A DNA stretch of 64,000 bases from an uncultured Tateyamaria sp. (GCF_947496075.1 NZ_CANMBJ010000003.1:87834-151833); one strand, 5' to 3'; positions 25,856-36,942 are shown, counted from the stretch's first letter. A program made the numbers and translations. The notes: a model not told the origin generated them from the sequence alone.

Positions 25856-28462
25856 TCAATCACCTTCTGTTTTTGGTGTGCGGTGTATGCGCACTGCTTT
25901 GGCGAGTTCCGGCACGATGATGAGCGGGGCGGCAAGCAGGCAGATGATTGACCAGTGTTCAATCCCGAGCGGGACGGTGCGCAGAAGCGTTTGTAGGGGT
26001 GGCCAGTAGACTGCCGCCAGTTGCAAGCTGACGCTGATGGTGAATGCGATCACAAGGATCGGGTTTGAGAACCATCCAATTGTGGTCGTGGGCCGCGTGA
26101 GAGAGCGGAATGCGAACACACTGACCTTTTCGAAGATCAGCATGGCGGTAAAGGCCGTGGTACGGGCGATATCCACGCCGTAGGGCAAAAACGTGTAAAA
26201 AATCCAGAGGCTTGCAGTGGCCGTGTAGAGTCCGAAGGTGGCAATCAGTGCAAAGCCTGCCCGCCCGAGAATGGCCTCGCTTGGTTCGCGTGGCGGGCGC
26301 TGCATCTGGTCGGGTTCTTCCTTCTCCAACCCCAGGGCCACGGCGGTGATACTGTCGGTGATCAGGTTCATCCACAGGATCTGTGTAGCCAGGAAGATCA
26401 GCGGCCCGCCGATAATGAGGTTGACCATGATCGCCAGCACCTCGCCCGCGTTGGAGGACATGAGGTAACGCACGAACTTGCGCACGTTTTCGAACTGCCT
26501 TCGGCCTTCGGCGACGGCATTCACAATGGTGGAAAAGTCATCATCCAGCAGGATCAGATCGGCTGCACTCTTGGACACCTCGGTGCCCCGAATGCCCATG
26601 GCGACGCCGATATTTGCTTGCTTCAGGGCGGGCGCATCATTTACTCCGTCGCCCGTCATGGCAACAATCTGATCTTTGCTTTGAAGGGCTTTGACGATGC
26701 GCAGTTTGTGTTCGGGCCGGGTGCGGGCAAAAAGCACATCGTCTTGGAGCCTTTCAGCCAGTGCACCGTCATCCATGGTGTCAATTTCATGCCCTTCAAT
26801 CAGATAAGGTGTTCCCAATCCGATCTTGTCCGCCACGGCAGCAGCAGTGATTGCGCCGTCGCCGGTGATCATGATCACCCGGATGCCTGCGTTACCGGCA
26901 AGGCGCAGGGCTGACTCGATCTCTGCCCGTGGTGGGTCAATCATACCGACGAGGCCCAAAAAGGTGAGGTTTGTCTCTGATGTGTCTTTGCCGTCAGTGT
27001 CGCGTATGGCCAGTGCGAGGACGCGCAGGCCCTGGGCGGCCATGGATTGATAGGCGTCCGCAATGCGTTGTCGTGTGGATGGGTCAAGCGGGTGCTGTGT
27101 GCCGTGGGTCAGGATGCGATCGCATCGCTCAACCACGACTTCGGGCGCGCCCTTGACGAAGAGGCGGGTCCGGCCTGCATCGTTTGCCAGCACGCTCATG
27201 CGTTTGCGTTCGCTGCTGAAGGGCGTTTCCGAGATTAGGTCGGCTTGCGACACCGGGGGCGCCCACCCCTTGTGGGCGAGGGTGACAAGCGCCCCTTCGG
27301 TGGGTGCGCCGATCATCGTCCAATGCTCCCCCTCGCGGTGGAGAGACGCGTGGGTGCAGGTCAGCGCCGTTTTCAGGATTAGGGCGAGCGTCAGGTCGTC
27401 GCTCGCTCGGACGGATTTTCCACCGGTTTCGATGTGACCCTTGGGATCATAACCTTCACCGGTGACATCATACGTGCGGTCGTGGGTCCAGATCTGCGTC
27501 GCTGTCATCTGGTTCTCGGTCAGTGTGCCGGTCTTGTCGGTGCAGATCACCGAGGCCGCGCCGAGCGTTTCAACCGCCTGCAACCGGCGCGCCAATGCGT
27601 TCTTGCGCGCCATGGCGGACGCGCCGATAGCGAGTGTGATCGTGACGACGGCGGGCAGACCTTCGGGCACCATCGCGACGGCGAGCGACAGACCTGTCAT
27701 GAACATCTCAAATGGGCCACGGCCGACCATCAGGCCGATGACCACAACCAGAGCGGCGATGGAAAGAGCCGCAATGCCGATCTGTTGGGCCAGTTTGCCG
27801 AGCCGGATTTGCAGATTTGTCCGCTTTTGCCCGACGCTTCCCGTCAGTTGGGCGATCTGGCCGAAGCGGGTGTGCTGGCCGATCTGAGTAACGATCCCGC
27901 GGGCGCGCCCCTTGACCAAGGCGGTGCCAGCAAAAAGAAAGGTTTCATCGTCTGTGCCCCGCTCCGACTTGTCCACTGGCACCGACTCCCCCGTCAGTAC
28001 GCTTTCGTCCACGCGGATTTCCATGGCTGACACGATGCGCAGATCGGCGGGTACGGCCGCCCCGGCGGCCACAACGACAAGGTCACCGGGCACAAGTTCG
28101 CGGGCGGGGATGTCAATCTCTTGCCCGTCGCGGACCACGATGGCGTGGGGCGATAGCATGGAACGCAGTGCATCTAGCGCAGTTTCGGCGCGCCATTCCT
28201 GCACAAAGCCCAGAACCGCGTTCAGGAGCAGCACGAGGGCGATGGCCAGCGCGTCAACCCGTTCGCCCAACGCCAATGCGATCAGGGCAGCGACCACAAG
28301 GATCACAACCAGCATGCCTCCGAATTGCCGCAAGAAGACGATCAGCGGTCCGGGTGGTTTCTGGCGTGGCAATTCATTCCAGCCGTACCGGGCGCGCAAA
28401 TCGTCGATCTGCTGGGCTGACAGTCCCGTGGCAGGGGCTGTGGACACGTCGGAAGCGCGCAT
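25856..28462 (-). CDS. P-type cation-transporting ATPase, P2 (Ca2+/SERCA-like) type
   Basis: Contains DKTGTLT, TGDGVNDAPALKQANIGVAMG and MVPEGLPAV motifs. 868 aa with N- and C-terminal TM blocks. Confidence 0.9.
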   Translation of the reverse strand: MRASDVSTAPATGLSAQQIDDLRARYGWNELPRQKPPGPLIVFLRQFGGMLVVILVVAALIALALGERVDALAIALVLLLNAVLGFVQEWRAETALDALRSMLSPHAIVVRDGQEIDIPARELVPGDLVVVAAGAAVPADLRIVSAMEIRVDESVLTGESVPVDKSERGTDDETFLFAGTALVKGRARGIVTQIGQHTRFGQIAQLTGSVGQKRTNLQIRLGKLAQQIGIAALSIAALVVVIGLMVGRGPFEMFMTGLSLAVAMVPEGLPAVVTITLAIGASAMARKNALARRLQAVETLGAASVICTDKTGTLTENQMTATQIWTHDRTYDVTGEGYDPKGHIETGGKSVRASDDLTLALILKTALTCTHASLHREGEHWTMIGAPTEGALVTLAHKGWAPPVSQADLISETPFSSERKRMSVLANDAGRTRLFVKGAPEVVVERCDRILTHGTQHPLDPSTRQRIADAYQSMAAQGLRVLALAIRDTDGKDTSETNLTFLGLVGMIDPPRAEIESALRLAGNAGIRVIMITGDGAITAAAVADKIGLGTPYLIEGHEIDTMDDGALAERLQDDVLFARTRPEHKLRIVKALQSKDQIVAMTGDGVNDAPALKQANIGVAMGIRGTEVSKSAADLILLDDDFSTIVNAVAEGRRQFENVRKFVRYLMSSNAGEVLAIMVNLIIGGPLIFLATQILWMNLITDSITAVALGLEKEEPDQMQRPPREPSEAILGRAGFALIATFGLYTATASLWIFYTFLPYGVDIARTTAFTAMLIFEKVSVFAFRSLTRPTTTIGWFSNPILVIAFTISVSLQLAAVYWPPLQTLLRTVPLGIEHWSIICLLAAPLIIVPELAKAVRIHRTPKTEGD

Positions 28463-28517
28463 CTTGGTTTCTCCGGGCCGGACCCTTTCGCGCTAGCAGT
28501 GCACGGGTCCTGCGGCA

Positions 28518-28531
28518 TTGAGAAAGATCAA
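28518..28531. promoter_or_regulatory. FixK/FNR-type box TTGAGAAAGATCAA
   Basis: TTGA-N6-TCAA palindrome in the divergent gap between the ATPase start (28462) and the phasin start (28591). Confidence 0.6.
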
Positions 28532-28590
28532 TCGGCAGCGACCCGGGGCACGATAAGCTCGCCTTCATCAGTCATTGTTGGGAGATTGAA

Positions 28591-28965
28591 ATGCCACCGA
28601 AACAGCCCGCAGGCGCAGCGCAGACCGACACATCGACGACTGCCGATGTGACCAAGATGGCCGGGGACGTCGCAGCCATGCAGGATCAGGCCGTGAAATC
28701 CATGTCGCAGATGGGGCTGGCTTGGGTCGAAGGGATGAGTGATCTGGGCAGCGAAGTGCTGTCCTTTGTTGCAGACCGGATCAAGGAAGACGTCAAGACG
28801 CAGCACAAGATGCTGCATTGCAAGGACGTCTCGGAGCTTCAGAAGATCCAGGCCGAGTTCATGCAGACGGCTATTGATCAATACACTGCCGAGACTGGAA
28901 AGCTCGTGCAGATGAGCCAGGATCTGTATGCGCCGCCAAGTGCGGACGAAACCAAAAAGAGCTGA
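28591..28965 (+). CDS. phasin-family protein
   Basis: LGSEVLSFVADRIKEDVKTQHKMLHCKDVSELQKIQAEFMQTAIDQYTAETGKLVQM fits the phasin_2 pattern. It is convergent with a PHA synthase gene. Confidence 0.65.
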   Translation: MPPKQPAGAAQTDTSTTADVTKMAGDVAAMQDQAVKSMSQMGLAWVEGMSDLGSEVLSFVADRIKEDVKTQHKMLHCKDVSELQKIQAEFMQTAIDQYTAETGKLVQMSQDLYAPPSADETKKS

Positions 28966-28982
28966 GCCCTATCCCGAAAGGA

Positions 28983-30659
28983 TCAGCCCAAGACGTAACG
29001 CCCTGGCGCTGGTCCTTTGGTCCAGCGCTTTTTTGCAGGCGTAAACTGTTTCGAGCCGCTGTGGTCGGCCAACCATTTGACCCATGCAGGCCACCATGAA
29101 CCGTCTTCGATGGGGGCTTGGTCCATCCAGGCTTCGGCCGCGGTGTGCGGGTCGCCTTCGGTCTTTTTGCGCAACCGGTAGTGGCGGTTTCGGTGGCCCG
29201 GTTCGGAGAGCACGCCGCTGTTGTGCCCGCCAGCAGTCAGGCAAAAGGTCACATCCGTGTCGGTCAACATTTGCAGCCTGAACACAGACCGCCAAGGCGA
29301 CACGTGGTCAGTTTCGGTGGCAAGGCAAAAGATGGGCACCCGCAAGTCGGTGAGCGCGACCGTCTTCCCCCCCACTTTGAACCGCCCCTTGGCCAGCTGG
29401 TTTTCCAGAAACATCTGTCGCAGGTATTCCGAATGCATCCGCGCAGGCATCCGCGTTGCATCGGCATTCCAGGCCATGAGGTCGTTCATGGGGGTGCGTT
29501 CGCCCAGTAGGTAATGGCGCACGATCCTGCTCCAAATCAGATCGGTGGAGCGGAGCATGCGGAAGGCTCCTGCCATCTGGTCCGCGCGCAGGTACCCTTG
29601 GGTCGCCATGATGTCTTCGAGGAAAGCGACCTGGTTTTCATTGATAAATAGTGACAACTCACCTGGTTCGGAGAAATCCACCTGTGCGGCCAACAGCGAC
29701 AAGCTATGCAAGCGCGTGTCGTGGTCCCGCGCCATTGCGGCGGCGCCCGCAGCCAGCAGCGTGCCGCCAAGGCAGTAGCCGACCGCGTGCAACGCGCCGT
29801 CGTTTTGGGGCACTATGTGGTTGATGGCGGCAAACATTCCAAGATTCAGATAGTCCTCCAAAGACAGGTCAGCGTCGCCCTTGTCCGGGTTTTTCCAAGA
29901 GATGATATACACTTCGAACCCCTGATCGCGGAGATAGGCGACCAGTGAGTTCCGCGGCGACAGATCCAGAATGTAGTATTTCATGATCCAGGCGGGCACG
30001 ATCAGGATCGGTTCAGCGTGGACCTTCTTCGTCGTGGGTCGGTAGCGGATCAGTTCAATCAGCTGGTTCTGGTAGATAACGTCGCCCGGTGTGATGGCGA
30101 TGGTTTCGCCCACGCGGTAGTCTGGATGCAACTTTGGGCTCTGGCTGATCAATTGGTTGAAATCCTCGATCCAGTGCTGCCAGCCCTGTGTGAAGTTCTG
30201 CCCATGTTCCGCCAGCGTCTTGTCCAGCACATCCGGGTTGGTGAGTGCGAAATTGGCGGGTGACATGGTGTCGATGATTTGCCGCGCAGCGAAGGAGACA
30301 ATTCGTTGATGGGCAGGATCGACGCCGACGATGGGCGCCGTTGCCTCTTGCCACCACGTCTCTTGCAGGCTGAACCAGTGCCGCAGTTGGCTGTAGGGTG
30401 GCACGTTCCACGCGAGGCTTTGGAACCTTGGGTCGTCTGTTTCGGGGGCCTTGCCGGTCAGAAACGTGGTCCATGCCTCTGCCCCCTTGGCCCATGCGCT
30501 GAAGGCCAGTTGGATTTGCCGTTCGGGGGAGCCCACGACATGCAGCGCCCAGTCGAGCCACGCGGTGCTGAGCGCTGTGGGCGACAGCCCGCCCGTGGCC
30601 TTGCCCATGGCGCTGTGCAAAATGCGGTCGAGGTTGCGGTCGGTGCTGTCCTTGGGCAC
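28983..30659 (-). CDS. phaC: poly(3-hydroxyalkanoate) synthase (PhaC, alpha/beta hydrolase)
   Basis: The lipase-like box with catalytic Cys is GYCLGGTLLA. Also ILIVPAWIMKYYILDL, and the WNADATRMP and HVSPW motifs typical of class I/III PhaC. Confidence 0.85.
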   Translation of the reverse strand: MPKDSTDRNLDRILHSAMGKATGGLSPTALSTAWLDWALHVVGSPERQIQLAFSAWAKGAEAWTTFLTGKAPETDDPRFQSLAWNVPPYSQLRHWFSLQETWWQEATAPIVGVDPAHQRIVSFAARQIIDTMSPANFALTNPDVLDKTLAEHGQNFTQGWQHWIEDFNQLISQSPKLHPDYRVGETIAITPGDVIYQNQLIELIRYRPTTKKVHAEPILIVPAWIMKYYILDLSPRNSLVAYLRDQGFEVYIISWKNPDKGDADLSLEDYLNLGMFAAINHIVPQNDGALHAVGYCLGGTLLAAGAAAMARDHDTRLHSLSLLAAQVDFSEPGELSLFINENQVAFLEDIMATQGYLRADQMAGAFRMLRSTDLIWSRIVRHYLLGERTPMNDLMAWNADATRMPARMHSEYLRQMFLENQLAKGRFKVGGKTVALTDLRVPIFCLATETDHVSPWRSVFRLQMLTDTDVTFCLTAGGHNSGVLSEPGHRNRHYRLRKKTEGDPHTAAEAWMDQAPIEDGSWWPAWVKWLADHSGSKQFTPAKKRWTKGPAPGRYVLG

Positions 30660-30670
30660 TTGGAGTCCTT

Positions 30671-31876
30671 TCAGAAGGTGGTGCGTTCTTCGATCAAGGC
30701 ACCATCGGTGAGGTCGTCGCGGGGGTGCTCCACGATGCGGTCACCGGGCTCCAGCCCGCTTTCCACCACGGCAAGGCGTCCATTGCGCGCGCCAAGGTCG
30801 ACCGGCACGCGCGTGACCCTGTCGCCGTCCGCACGGAATGCGGCCCAATAGTCATCGGTGCGGAACGCAGCACTTAGCGGGATCAGAAGTGCGTCTTCTT
30901 CCTCGTAGGTGACGATGCGCAGGTAGACGGCGAATTCATGGCCCAGATCAGGGCGTTGTTCGGGAGGTGTAGTGATGTCGAATACGACGTCGACGCGCTG
31001 TTCCTCAATCCCGAGGGCGGAGACTTTCATGCGCGCCGCAGGCTCTACATAAGCCAATTTGGCTTGAAGCGGGGGGCCGCCCCAGCGTTCAACGGTTGCG
31101 TGGGCGTTTGGTGGCAGGCTGACCGCGTCGGATGTGAGCAGGTCCGCTACGAGTTCGATCTGGCCGGGGTCGCCGATTGTCAGCAAGCGTTCGCCCGATG
31201 TAACTGGCCGAGCGCTGACTTCGTCGATGTCCAGAACAACACCGTCGGTTGGAGCAAGAAGTGACATGCAGCACGTATCGTTTTCGCCGTTGCCCGAGGT
31301 TTCGACCAAGGCCGCCTTTGTCCGTCGCAACCCGCCTTCGGCCTGCGCGATACGGGCGTTCGCGGCCTCAAGGGCGGCATTTGTTATGGCAAAGAGCTGT
31401 TGCGCTTCCTCCAGCCGGGTGATGCTGGCCACGCCCCGTTCAACCAGTTCCGAGGTGCGATCGAAATGTGACTTCGCGAAGATGTAATCCTCCCGCGCAC
31501 GGGCCAGGTCCGTTTCGGCCACGTGCAGGGCGGCTTCGGCCTCGGTGACGGCGGCTTCGGATTGCATACGGGTGCGGGCATCGAGCAACCCCGGAGAGAT
31601 AGGTTCGACCAATGCGACGACCGTTTCCCCCCCTGTCACCGGATCGCCGACGCGCACGGGCGAGCGTTGGGCGACACCGGCGATGGGGGCCGACACCTCG
31701 AACACCTCCACCACGCGTGTCGTGCCGTCGGCATCGACCGTGATCTCGAAATGGCCTCTATCCACGGTGTGCAGATCCACCGGCACGGGTTCGGGGCGGA
31801 AGGTCACATAAAGCAAGCCCCCGGCGATGCCGACCCCGATCAGGCCAAGGACGATGTTGCGGCTGGTGTGGGCCAT
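30671..31876 (-). CDS. HlyD-family periplasmic adaptor (MacA-like)
   Basis: N-terminal TM, a coiled-coil segment (AEAALHVAETDLARAREDY...LEAANARIAQAEGGL) and a beta-barrel C-terminus. Adjacent to FtsX/ABC genes. Confidence 0.8.
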   Translation of the reverse strand: MAHTSRNIVLGLIGVGIAGGLLYVTFRPEPVPVDLHTVDRGHFEITVDADGTTRVVEVFEVSAPIAGVAQRSPVRVGDPVTGGETVVALVEPISPGLLDARTRMQSEAAVTEAEAALHVAETDLARAREDYIFAKSHFDRTSELVERGVASITRLEEAQQLFAITNAALEAANARIAQAEGGLRRTKAALVETSGNGENDTCCMSLLAPTDGVVLDIDEVSARPVTSGERLLTIGDPGQIELVADLLTSDAVSLPPNAHATVERWGGPPLQAKLAYVEPAARMKVSALGIEEQRVDVVFDITTPPEQRPDLGHEFAVYLRIVTYEEEDALLIPLSAAFRTDDYWAAFRADGDRVTRVPVDLGARNGRLAVVESGLEPGDRIVEHPRDDLTDGALIEERTTF

Positions 31877-31880
31877 GGTG

Positions 31881-34253
31881 TCACTCTCTGGTTTTCATCA
31901 CGGAAACAAGGTCGATGCCGTCGAGCCTGCGTCGTACGATAAGGACTGAGACAAGGGCGGCGGTCAGCACGATCAGGCTGGCGGAGGAAAACGTGGAGGC
32001 GCTGACCACGAGAGGCATGGAGTAAAGGTCGCTGGTGTAGCTTTCGGTCAGCATCTTGGCGACGCCCCAGCCAATCCACCAACCCAAGGGTTGGGCAAGG
32101 ACGGCCAGCAACATGATCTCGCCCACCAGCACGAAGCCGACCTCGCCCTTGGTGAAGCCGAGGATGCGCAGGCTGGCGAGTTCACGTGCGCGCTCCGACA
32201 ACTGGATGCGCGCGCCATTATAGGCGACGCCGACGGTGATCAACGTGCCGAGAATGGCGTAGATCGTGGTCGTGATCAGGATGTTTCGGCTGATCGTATC
32301 CTCGAACCCTGCCCGGTTTTCGGCCAGCATCGCGCGCCCGGCCAGCTTAGGCAGGTCTTTGAGGCTTTGCTGAAAGGCGTCGCCATGGGCCGCGTCCAGC
32401 GTGACGTTGACAATGGAGACGCGCGGGTCTTGCTGGAAAAGGCGGTTGGCGGTGGTTTGATCCATGTAAGCGCCCAGACCGAAAAACTGGGTCACAAGCT
32501 GTGTGACGGGCAGGGTGTAGGTGCCTTGATGGACCCCAAGAAACTTCACCTCGATCACGTCGCCAAGGGACGCGCCAAGCTGGGCAGCCAAACGTTCCGA
32601 CAGCATGATGCCGCCGGGCGGGGCATCCACCACCTGACCGTTCGTTGACACCACGCGGCTGAGGTTCATGCCGGGGCGCCTCGCCTCGATCGTGGCGCGC
32701 TTGCGATAGTGTTCGTGACGCAGCACTGCCGTCATCACCTGCTGCCCTTCGGCCTGAAGCACACCGGGCAGACGGCGGGCCTCTTCCACCACTTTCTCGT
32801 CCACCTCGTCATTGAAGAACAGAACTGCGTGCTGCCGGTTGGATTGGTAGAACGCTGTATCGATGATCAGATCGAGTGCGTCGGGAAAGAAGTTGGAGGA
32901 CACCAGAATGCCAACCGCCAGTGCCATGCCCAGGATGCTTAGGCCTGCGCGCACCGGCCAGCGGATGATGCCGCGCAGGATCATCATGGTGGGCTGGCTG
33001 ACGCGGATTAAGTGCAAGGCGCGATCCACCCAGCTGGTTGTGAACCGGGGCGGTGCGGGTGGTGCCATGGCCGTGGCAGGCGCCAATCGCGCCGCGACCC
33101 ATGCAGCGCGCGCGGCACCTGTGCCTGCCGCGATCAGGCCCAGCACGCCGGACAACACGTAGATGTTCCACGATACCGAATAAATCAGGTAAGGGAACTT
33201 CAGGAAATCAGCATAGAGTTTCGCGAGCTCGAAACTGAGCCAACTGCCAGCGACATAGCCGATCGACACGCCGAAGACGCCCACCAGGCTGGCAAGCAGA
33301 AGGTAGTGCATCAGAATGGCCGTATCGGAATAGCCCAGAGCCTTGAGCAACCCGATCTCGGCCCGTTCGAGCGCCACGATCCGCCCCATCACCATGTTCA
33401 CCAGAAAGATCGTGATCCCCAGAAAGATAGGCGGCAGCGTATAGGCCAGCGTGCGCAATTGCGTGATTTCCGCATCTATGAAGGCGTTGGATACCTGTTC
33501 GGTCCGATCGATGGCGCCAAGCGCGCCGTATGGTTCCAAGAAGATGTCGAGCGCGTCGATCACCGGTTCCAATCGGTAGCCCGAGCGCAGTTTGACCGAC
33601 AGGTTGTTGAACGCCCCCGTTCGGTCCAGAGCCGCGGCTAGCGCCTGTTCCGGCATCCAGATCACGCCGAAGTCTTCGTCGTTGGGGATCAGGCTGCCGG
33701 GGCCGATGGTGTAGATGAACTCGGGCGACAGGGCCCAGCCCGTGACCGTCAGCGTGCGTTTGGTGCCATTGAGCGTGGCGGTGAAATCGTCACCGGGCCA
33801 GAGGTTGTTCGCTTCACCAAATGGAGCGTTCAGGACCACCGCATCGGTGGCGGTGGCATCAGGCCAATTGCCCAGCCGCAGGATCGGTTGGTTGAGGGAT
33901 GTGCCGTTTTCGGGCAGCGATACGACATAGGCCACCGTGGCATCCACCTTGGCCGGAATGTCCAGCGTCGCGTAGGTGGTAACGCGCGGCTCGATGGACG
34001 CGACCCCGTCGATGTTGCGGATGATATCGAGCATGCTGTTCGGCGCGCGGTTCACGTCGATGAAAACGTCGGCAAATCGGTTGCGCTCGTAATAAGTCGC
34101 ACGCGTTTCTTCCAGCGCATCAGACATGCCGAAGGACATCAGCAGCACGGCCACGCCGGCTGCCAGCACAAGTGAAATGGCGAGGAACTGTGACCAGAGC
34201 CTGCGGAAGTCACGGATGAGTTTGCGGTCAAGCGCCTCCATACCGTTCACCAT
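31881..34253 (-). CDS. ABC transporter permease with two FtsX-like domains (MacB/YbbP-like)
   Basis: 790 aa. [24 protein letters not shown] start, two TM clusters each followed by ...[11 protein letters not shown] / [11 protein letters not shown] FtsX motifs. Confidence 0.8.
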   Translation of the reverse strand: MVNGMEALDRKLIRDFRRLWSQFLAISLVLAAGVAVLLMSFGMSDALEETRATYYERNRFADVFIDVNRAPNSMLDIIRNIDGVASIEPRVTTYATLDIPAKVDATVAYVVSLPENGTSLNQPILRLGNWPDATATDAVVLNAPFGEANNLWPGDDFTATLNGTKRTLTVTGWALSPEFIYTIGPGSLIPNDEDFGVIWMPEQALAAALDRTGAFNNLSVKLRSGYRLEPVIDALDIFLEPYGALGAIDRTEQVSNAFIDAEITQLRTLAYTLPPIFLGITIFLVNMVMGRIVALERAEIGLLKALGYSDTAILMHYLLLASLVGVFGVSIGYVAGSWLSFELAKLYADFLKFPYLIYSVSWNIYVLSGVLGLIAAGTGAARAAWVAARLAPATAMAPPAPPRFTTSWVDRALHLIRVSQPTMMILRGIIRWPVRAGLSILGMALAVGILVSSNFFPDALDLIIDTAFYQSNRQHAVLFFNDEVDEKVVEEARRLPGVLQAEGQQVMTAVLRHEHYRKRATIEARRPGMNLSRVVSTNGQVVDAPPGGIMLSERLAAQLGASLGDVIEVKFLGVHQGTYTLPVTQLVTQFFGLGAYMDQTTANRLFQQDPRVSIVNVTLDAAHGDAFQQSLKDLPKLAGRAMLAENRAGFEDTISRNILITTTIYAILGTLITVGVAYNGARIQLSERARELASLRILGFTKGEVGFVLVGEIMLLAVLAQPLGWWIGWGVAKMLTESYTSDLYSMPLVVSASTFSSASLIVLTAALVSVLIVRRRLDGIDLVSVMKTRE

Positions 34254-34966
34254 GCGATCTCGGCTGGGTCGAGCCGAGTTTCATTCACGTCGATGTTCGC
34301 GATTTTGCCATCTTGGAACCAGATCACGCGGTGCGCCATTTTGCGGATTTCGGCCGCGTGGGTGATCACCACGGTCGAGGTGCCAAGGTCTTCGTTTACC
34401 TGTTTCAGCACTTCCAGCACTTGGATACCGGTCTTGCTGTCCAGCGCGCCGGTCGGCTCGTCACAGAGCAGGATTTCGGGCCGTTTCGCCACGGCGCGAG
34501 CGATCGCGACGCGCTGTTGTTCGCCCCCTGACAGTTGTGCCGGGAAGTGGTCCATCCGGTGCGTCAGGCCGACAAGGTCCAGGGCCTCTTCGGCCCGCAT
34601 GGGGTTCGGCGCCACATCCGTGACCAATTGCACGTTTTCGCGCGCCGTGAGGCTGGGCACGAGGTTGTAGAACTGAAAGACAAAGCCCACATGGTCTCGC
34701 CTGTAGCGGGTCAACCCCCGGTCGCGCAGATTGGTCAGTTCCAGATCGCGGAACCAAACGCGGCCATCTGTAGCGTGGTCCAGCCCGCCCAGAATGTTCA
34801 ACAGCGTGGACTTGCCGCTGCCCGACGGGCCCAACAGCACGGTCAACTCGCCCGCAAAAAGTTCAAGATCCACACTATCGAGCGCGTACACCTTCACTTC
34901 TCCGGTATCGTAGACCTTGGTCAATCCGCTGGTGCGGAAAACGCGTTCGGCGGGCAATTTGGTCAT
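34247..34966 (-). CDS. ABC transporter ATP-binding protein (MacB/LolD-type)
   Basis: Walker [10 protein letters not shown], signature [14 protein letters not shown], Walker [13 protein letters not shown]. The start is taken at MTKLPAE (ATG 34966), which overlaps the upstream stop. Confidence 0.9.
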   Translation of the reverse strand: MTKLPAERVFRTSGLTKVYDTGEVKVYALDSVDLELFAGELTVLLGPSGSGKSTLLNILGGLDHATDGRVWFRDLELTNLRDRGLTRYRRDHVGFVFQFYNLVPSLTARENVQLVTDVAPNPMRAEEALDLVGLTHRMDHFPAQLSGGEQQRVAIARAVAKRPEILLCDEPTGALDSKTGIQVLEVLKQVNEDLGTSTVVITHAAEIRKMAHRVIWFQDGKIANIDVNETRLDPAEIAW

Positions 34967-35469
34967 ACAACACCTTGTGATGCCGACGTCATCATGGCGT
35001 GGGCAAATGCGTCTAGGCGTTTGTCCGTTTCCGGAGTGTCTTCGATCTTGTTCTGAATGTTTAAGCTTGCTGCCAACCGGCGGCCCAACACCGTTTCGCA
35101 AGTTGCCACGCATTTGAGCGGTTCACCGGCCCCGCCAGACGTGGTGAGCAGGCCAACGGGTGTCGCGGTTGACGCCAGCGCATTTATGACACTGCGCGCC
35201 GGGGAGGCGGGCTGATCCGCCCAGATGGGGCAAGCCACCACGATCCAGGGTCTGTTTGCTGTAACCACATTGCCGCCGGTTAGTGGCGGCAAATGTGATC
35301 GGCCCACATCCCAGATTGCGCGCAAGATCCACAGCAGAGGTACCTTATAGCGGTCGGTTTCAATTGGTATGACCTCAGCCACCGTCCGCTGCGCAAGCGT
35401 ATCCGCGGCACGGCGGGTATGTCCGGATTTCGAAAAGCACAAAATGGCTGGTGATGTGTTTGCAGACAT
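34963..35469 (-). CDS. flavodoxin-like fold protein (tentative)
   Basis: [26 protein letters not shown] resembles a flavodoxin N-terminal loop. First gene of the exporter-phaC operon. Start taken at ATG 35469. Confidence 0.35.
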   Translation of the reverse strand: MSANTSPAILCFSKSGHTRRAADTLAQRTVAEVIPIETDRYKVPLLWILRAIWDVGRSHLPPLTGGNVVTANRPWIVVACPIWADQPASPARSVINALASTATPVGLLTTSGGAGEPLKCVATCETVLGRRLAASLNIQNKIEDTPETDKRLDAFAHAMMTSASQGVV

Positions 35470-35519
35470 GACTCCGGGCTCCTTGCCGGGTCGGTTTACC
35501 GCCTTGGGTGCGCAGCGCA

Positions 35520-35533
35520 TTGAGCAATATCAA
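35520..35533. promoter_or_regulatory. FixK/FNR-type box TTGAGCAATATCAA
   Basis: Lies in the divergent gap between the flavodoxin-like start (35469) and the ADH start (35617). Confidence 0.6.
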
Positions 35534-35616
35534 TGCGAACGCGGAAACCGGATGGCACAGAACGATCAAAGCCAGTCGAGAGGAGCCGTGAGATACCGGA
35601 CACGTTACCCAAGACA

Positions 35617-36627
35617 ATGAAAGCAGCGGTTGTGACCGAGCTTGGCAAGCCGCTCGATATCCGAGAGGTTCCAGTGCCTCAGATTGGACCGCACGATGTG
35701 TTGGTGCGCGTGCGTGCCTCGGGCGTTTGCCACACCGATCTGCACGCCGCGATGGGTGACTGGCCGGTCAAACCCACTGCACCGTTCATCCCCGGTCACG
35801 AGGGCGTCGGCGAGGTGGCCGCCTTGGGTGCTGAGGTCACGCATCTTAAGGAAGGGGACCGGGTGGGCGTTCCCTGGCTGCACACGGCCTGCGGGCGATG
35901 CGAGCATTGTTCGGGGGGATGGGAGACCTTGTGCGAAAGCCAGCAGAACACCGGGTACTCGGTTGATGGCGGCTATGCCGAGTTCGTGCGCGCAGATGCT
36001 GACTATGTTGGCCAGTTGCCCTCTGCGCTGGAATTCGGCACTGCCTCGCCCGTGCTATGTGCGGGTGTAACTGTCTATAAGGGTCTCAAGGAGACAGAGG
36101 CGCGCCCGGGTCAGTGGGTGGCAATCAGCGGCATTGGCGGGCTGGGTCACATGGCTGTGCAATACGCCAAGGCCATGGGTATGCACGTGGTCGCGGTGGA
36201 TATCGCGGATGACAAGCTGGCCCTTGCAAAATCACTGGGCGCAGACGTAACCATCAACGCCGCCGTCACCGATCCGGTCAAAGAGGTAACCGACCATCTG
36301 GGCGGCGTGCATGGGGCGTTGGTGACCGCCGTCAACACCCAGGCCTTTGCACAGGCTACCGGGATGTTGCGGCGGCATGGCACGATGAGCCTTGTGGGCT
36401 TGCCGCCCGGATCGTTTCCCTTGCCGATATTCGACGTGGTGTTGAAGCGCCTGACAATTCGCGGTTCCATAGTGGGTACGCGGCTGGATTTGGCGGAGTC
36501 GCTGAGCCTCGCGGCAGATGGTCATGTTGCGACGCATTTCGAATGGGACAGGCTTGAGAACATCAATGCGATCTTCGACCGGATGAAGGCTGGGCAAATC
36601 ACGGGGCGCACTGTGCTAGAGATTTGA
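35617..36627 (+). CDS. zinc-dependent alcohol dehydrogenase (AdhP-like)
   Basis: [21 protein letters not shown]...[27 protein letters not shown], a structural Zn Cys cluster ([15 protein letters not shown]) and [17 protein letters not shown]. Confidence 0.9.
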   Translation: MKAAVVTELGKPLDIREVPVPQIGPHDVLVRVRASGVCHTDLHAAMGDWPVKPTAPFIPGHEGVGEVAALGAEVTHLKEGDRVGVPWLHTACGRCEHCSGGWETLCESQQNTGYSVDGGYAEFVRADADYVGQLPSALEFGTASPVLCAGVTVYKGLKETEARPGQWVAISGIGGLGHMAVQYAKAMGMHVVAVDIADDKLALAKSLGADVTINAAVTDPVKEVTDHLGGVHGALVTAVNTQAFAQATGMLRRHGTMSLVGLPPGSFPLPIFDVVLKRLTIRGSIVGTRLDLAESLSLAADGHVATHFEWDRLENINAIFDRMKAGQITGRTVLEI

Positions 36628-36880
36628 TCAAGACTGGACCACGCTTGACGTTGATGTCTGGACTGGCATTGCGGCGATCAGTCTGCTGAGCGTCTCCACC
36701 TTCATCGGCTTCGAGGACATGGTGAATGTCGCCGAAGACGAGAGTGTCACTGCCAATGCGGACGCCTTCTATTTCCACACTTTGCGTGGCCTTGATCAAT
36801 CTGAGCTTCAGCGCGCGGTTGCCGCTTGGCGGCCTTATCACTCTCTAACCTGGGCATGGACGCCACGGATGTTGAGATAA
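36623..36880 (+). pseudogene. internal fragment of an APC-family amino acid permease (frameshifted remnant)
   Basis: The frame at 36659-36742 reads WTGIAAISLLSVSTFIGFEDMVNVAEDE, the FIGFEDMVNVAEE motif as I recall it. After a shift near 36741 the sequence reads RVSLPMRTPSISTLCVALINLSF..LPLGGL. There is no start and no N- or C-terminal remainder. Confidence 0.5.
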
Positions 36881-36885
36881 ATCAA
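36872..36885. promoter_or_regulatory. FixK/FNR-type box TTGAGATAAATCAA
   Basis: 58 nt upstream of the cytochrome c ATG (36943). Confidence 0.55.
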
Positions 36886-36942
36886 AGGCCGCGCGCGGCG
36901 CGCCCACTAGGGTGAAGTCCAATTCAGGAGAGGCGAGCAAAA

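Noticed and set aside
28591-28965. Whether the 124-aa ORF is a spurious ORF in the ATPase-phaC gap.
   Set aside because: It is retained as a gene. It has a phasin-like helical sequence, a ggagattga RBS region, a FixK-type box upstream and a PhaC neighbour. The spurious-ORF reading was rejected.
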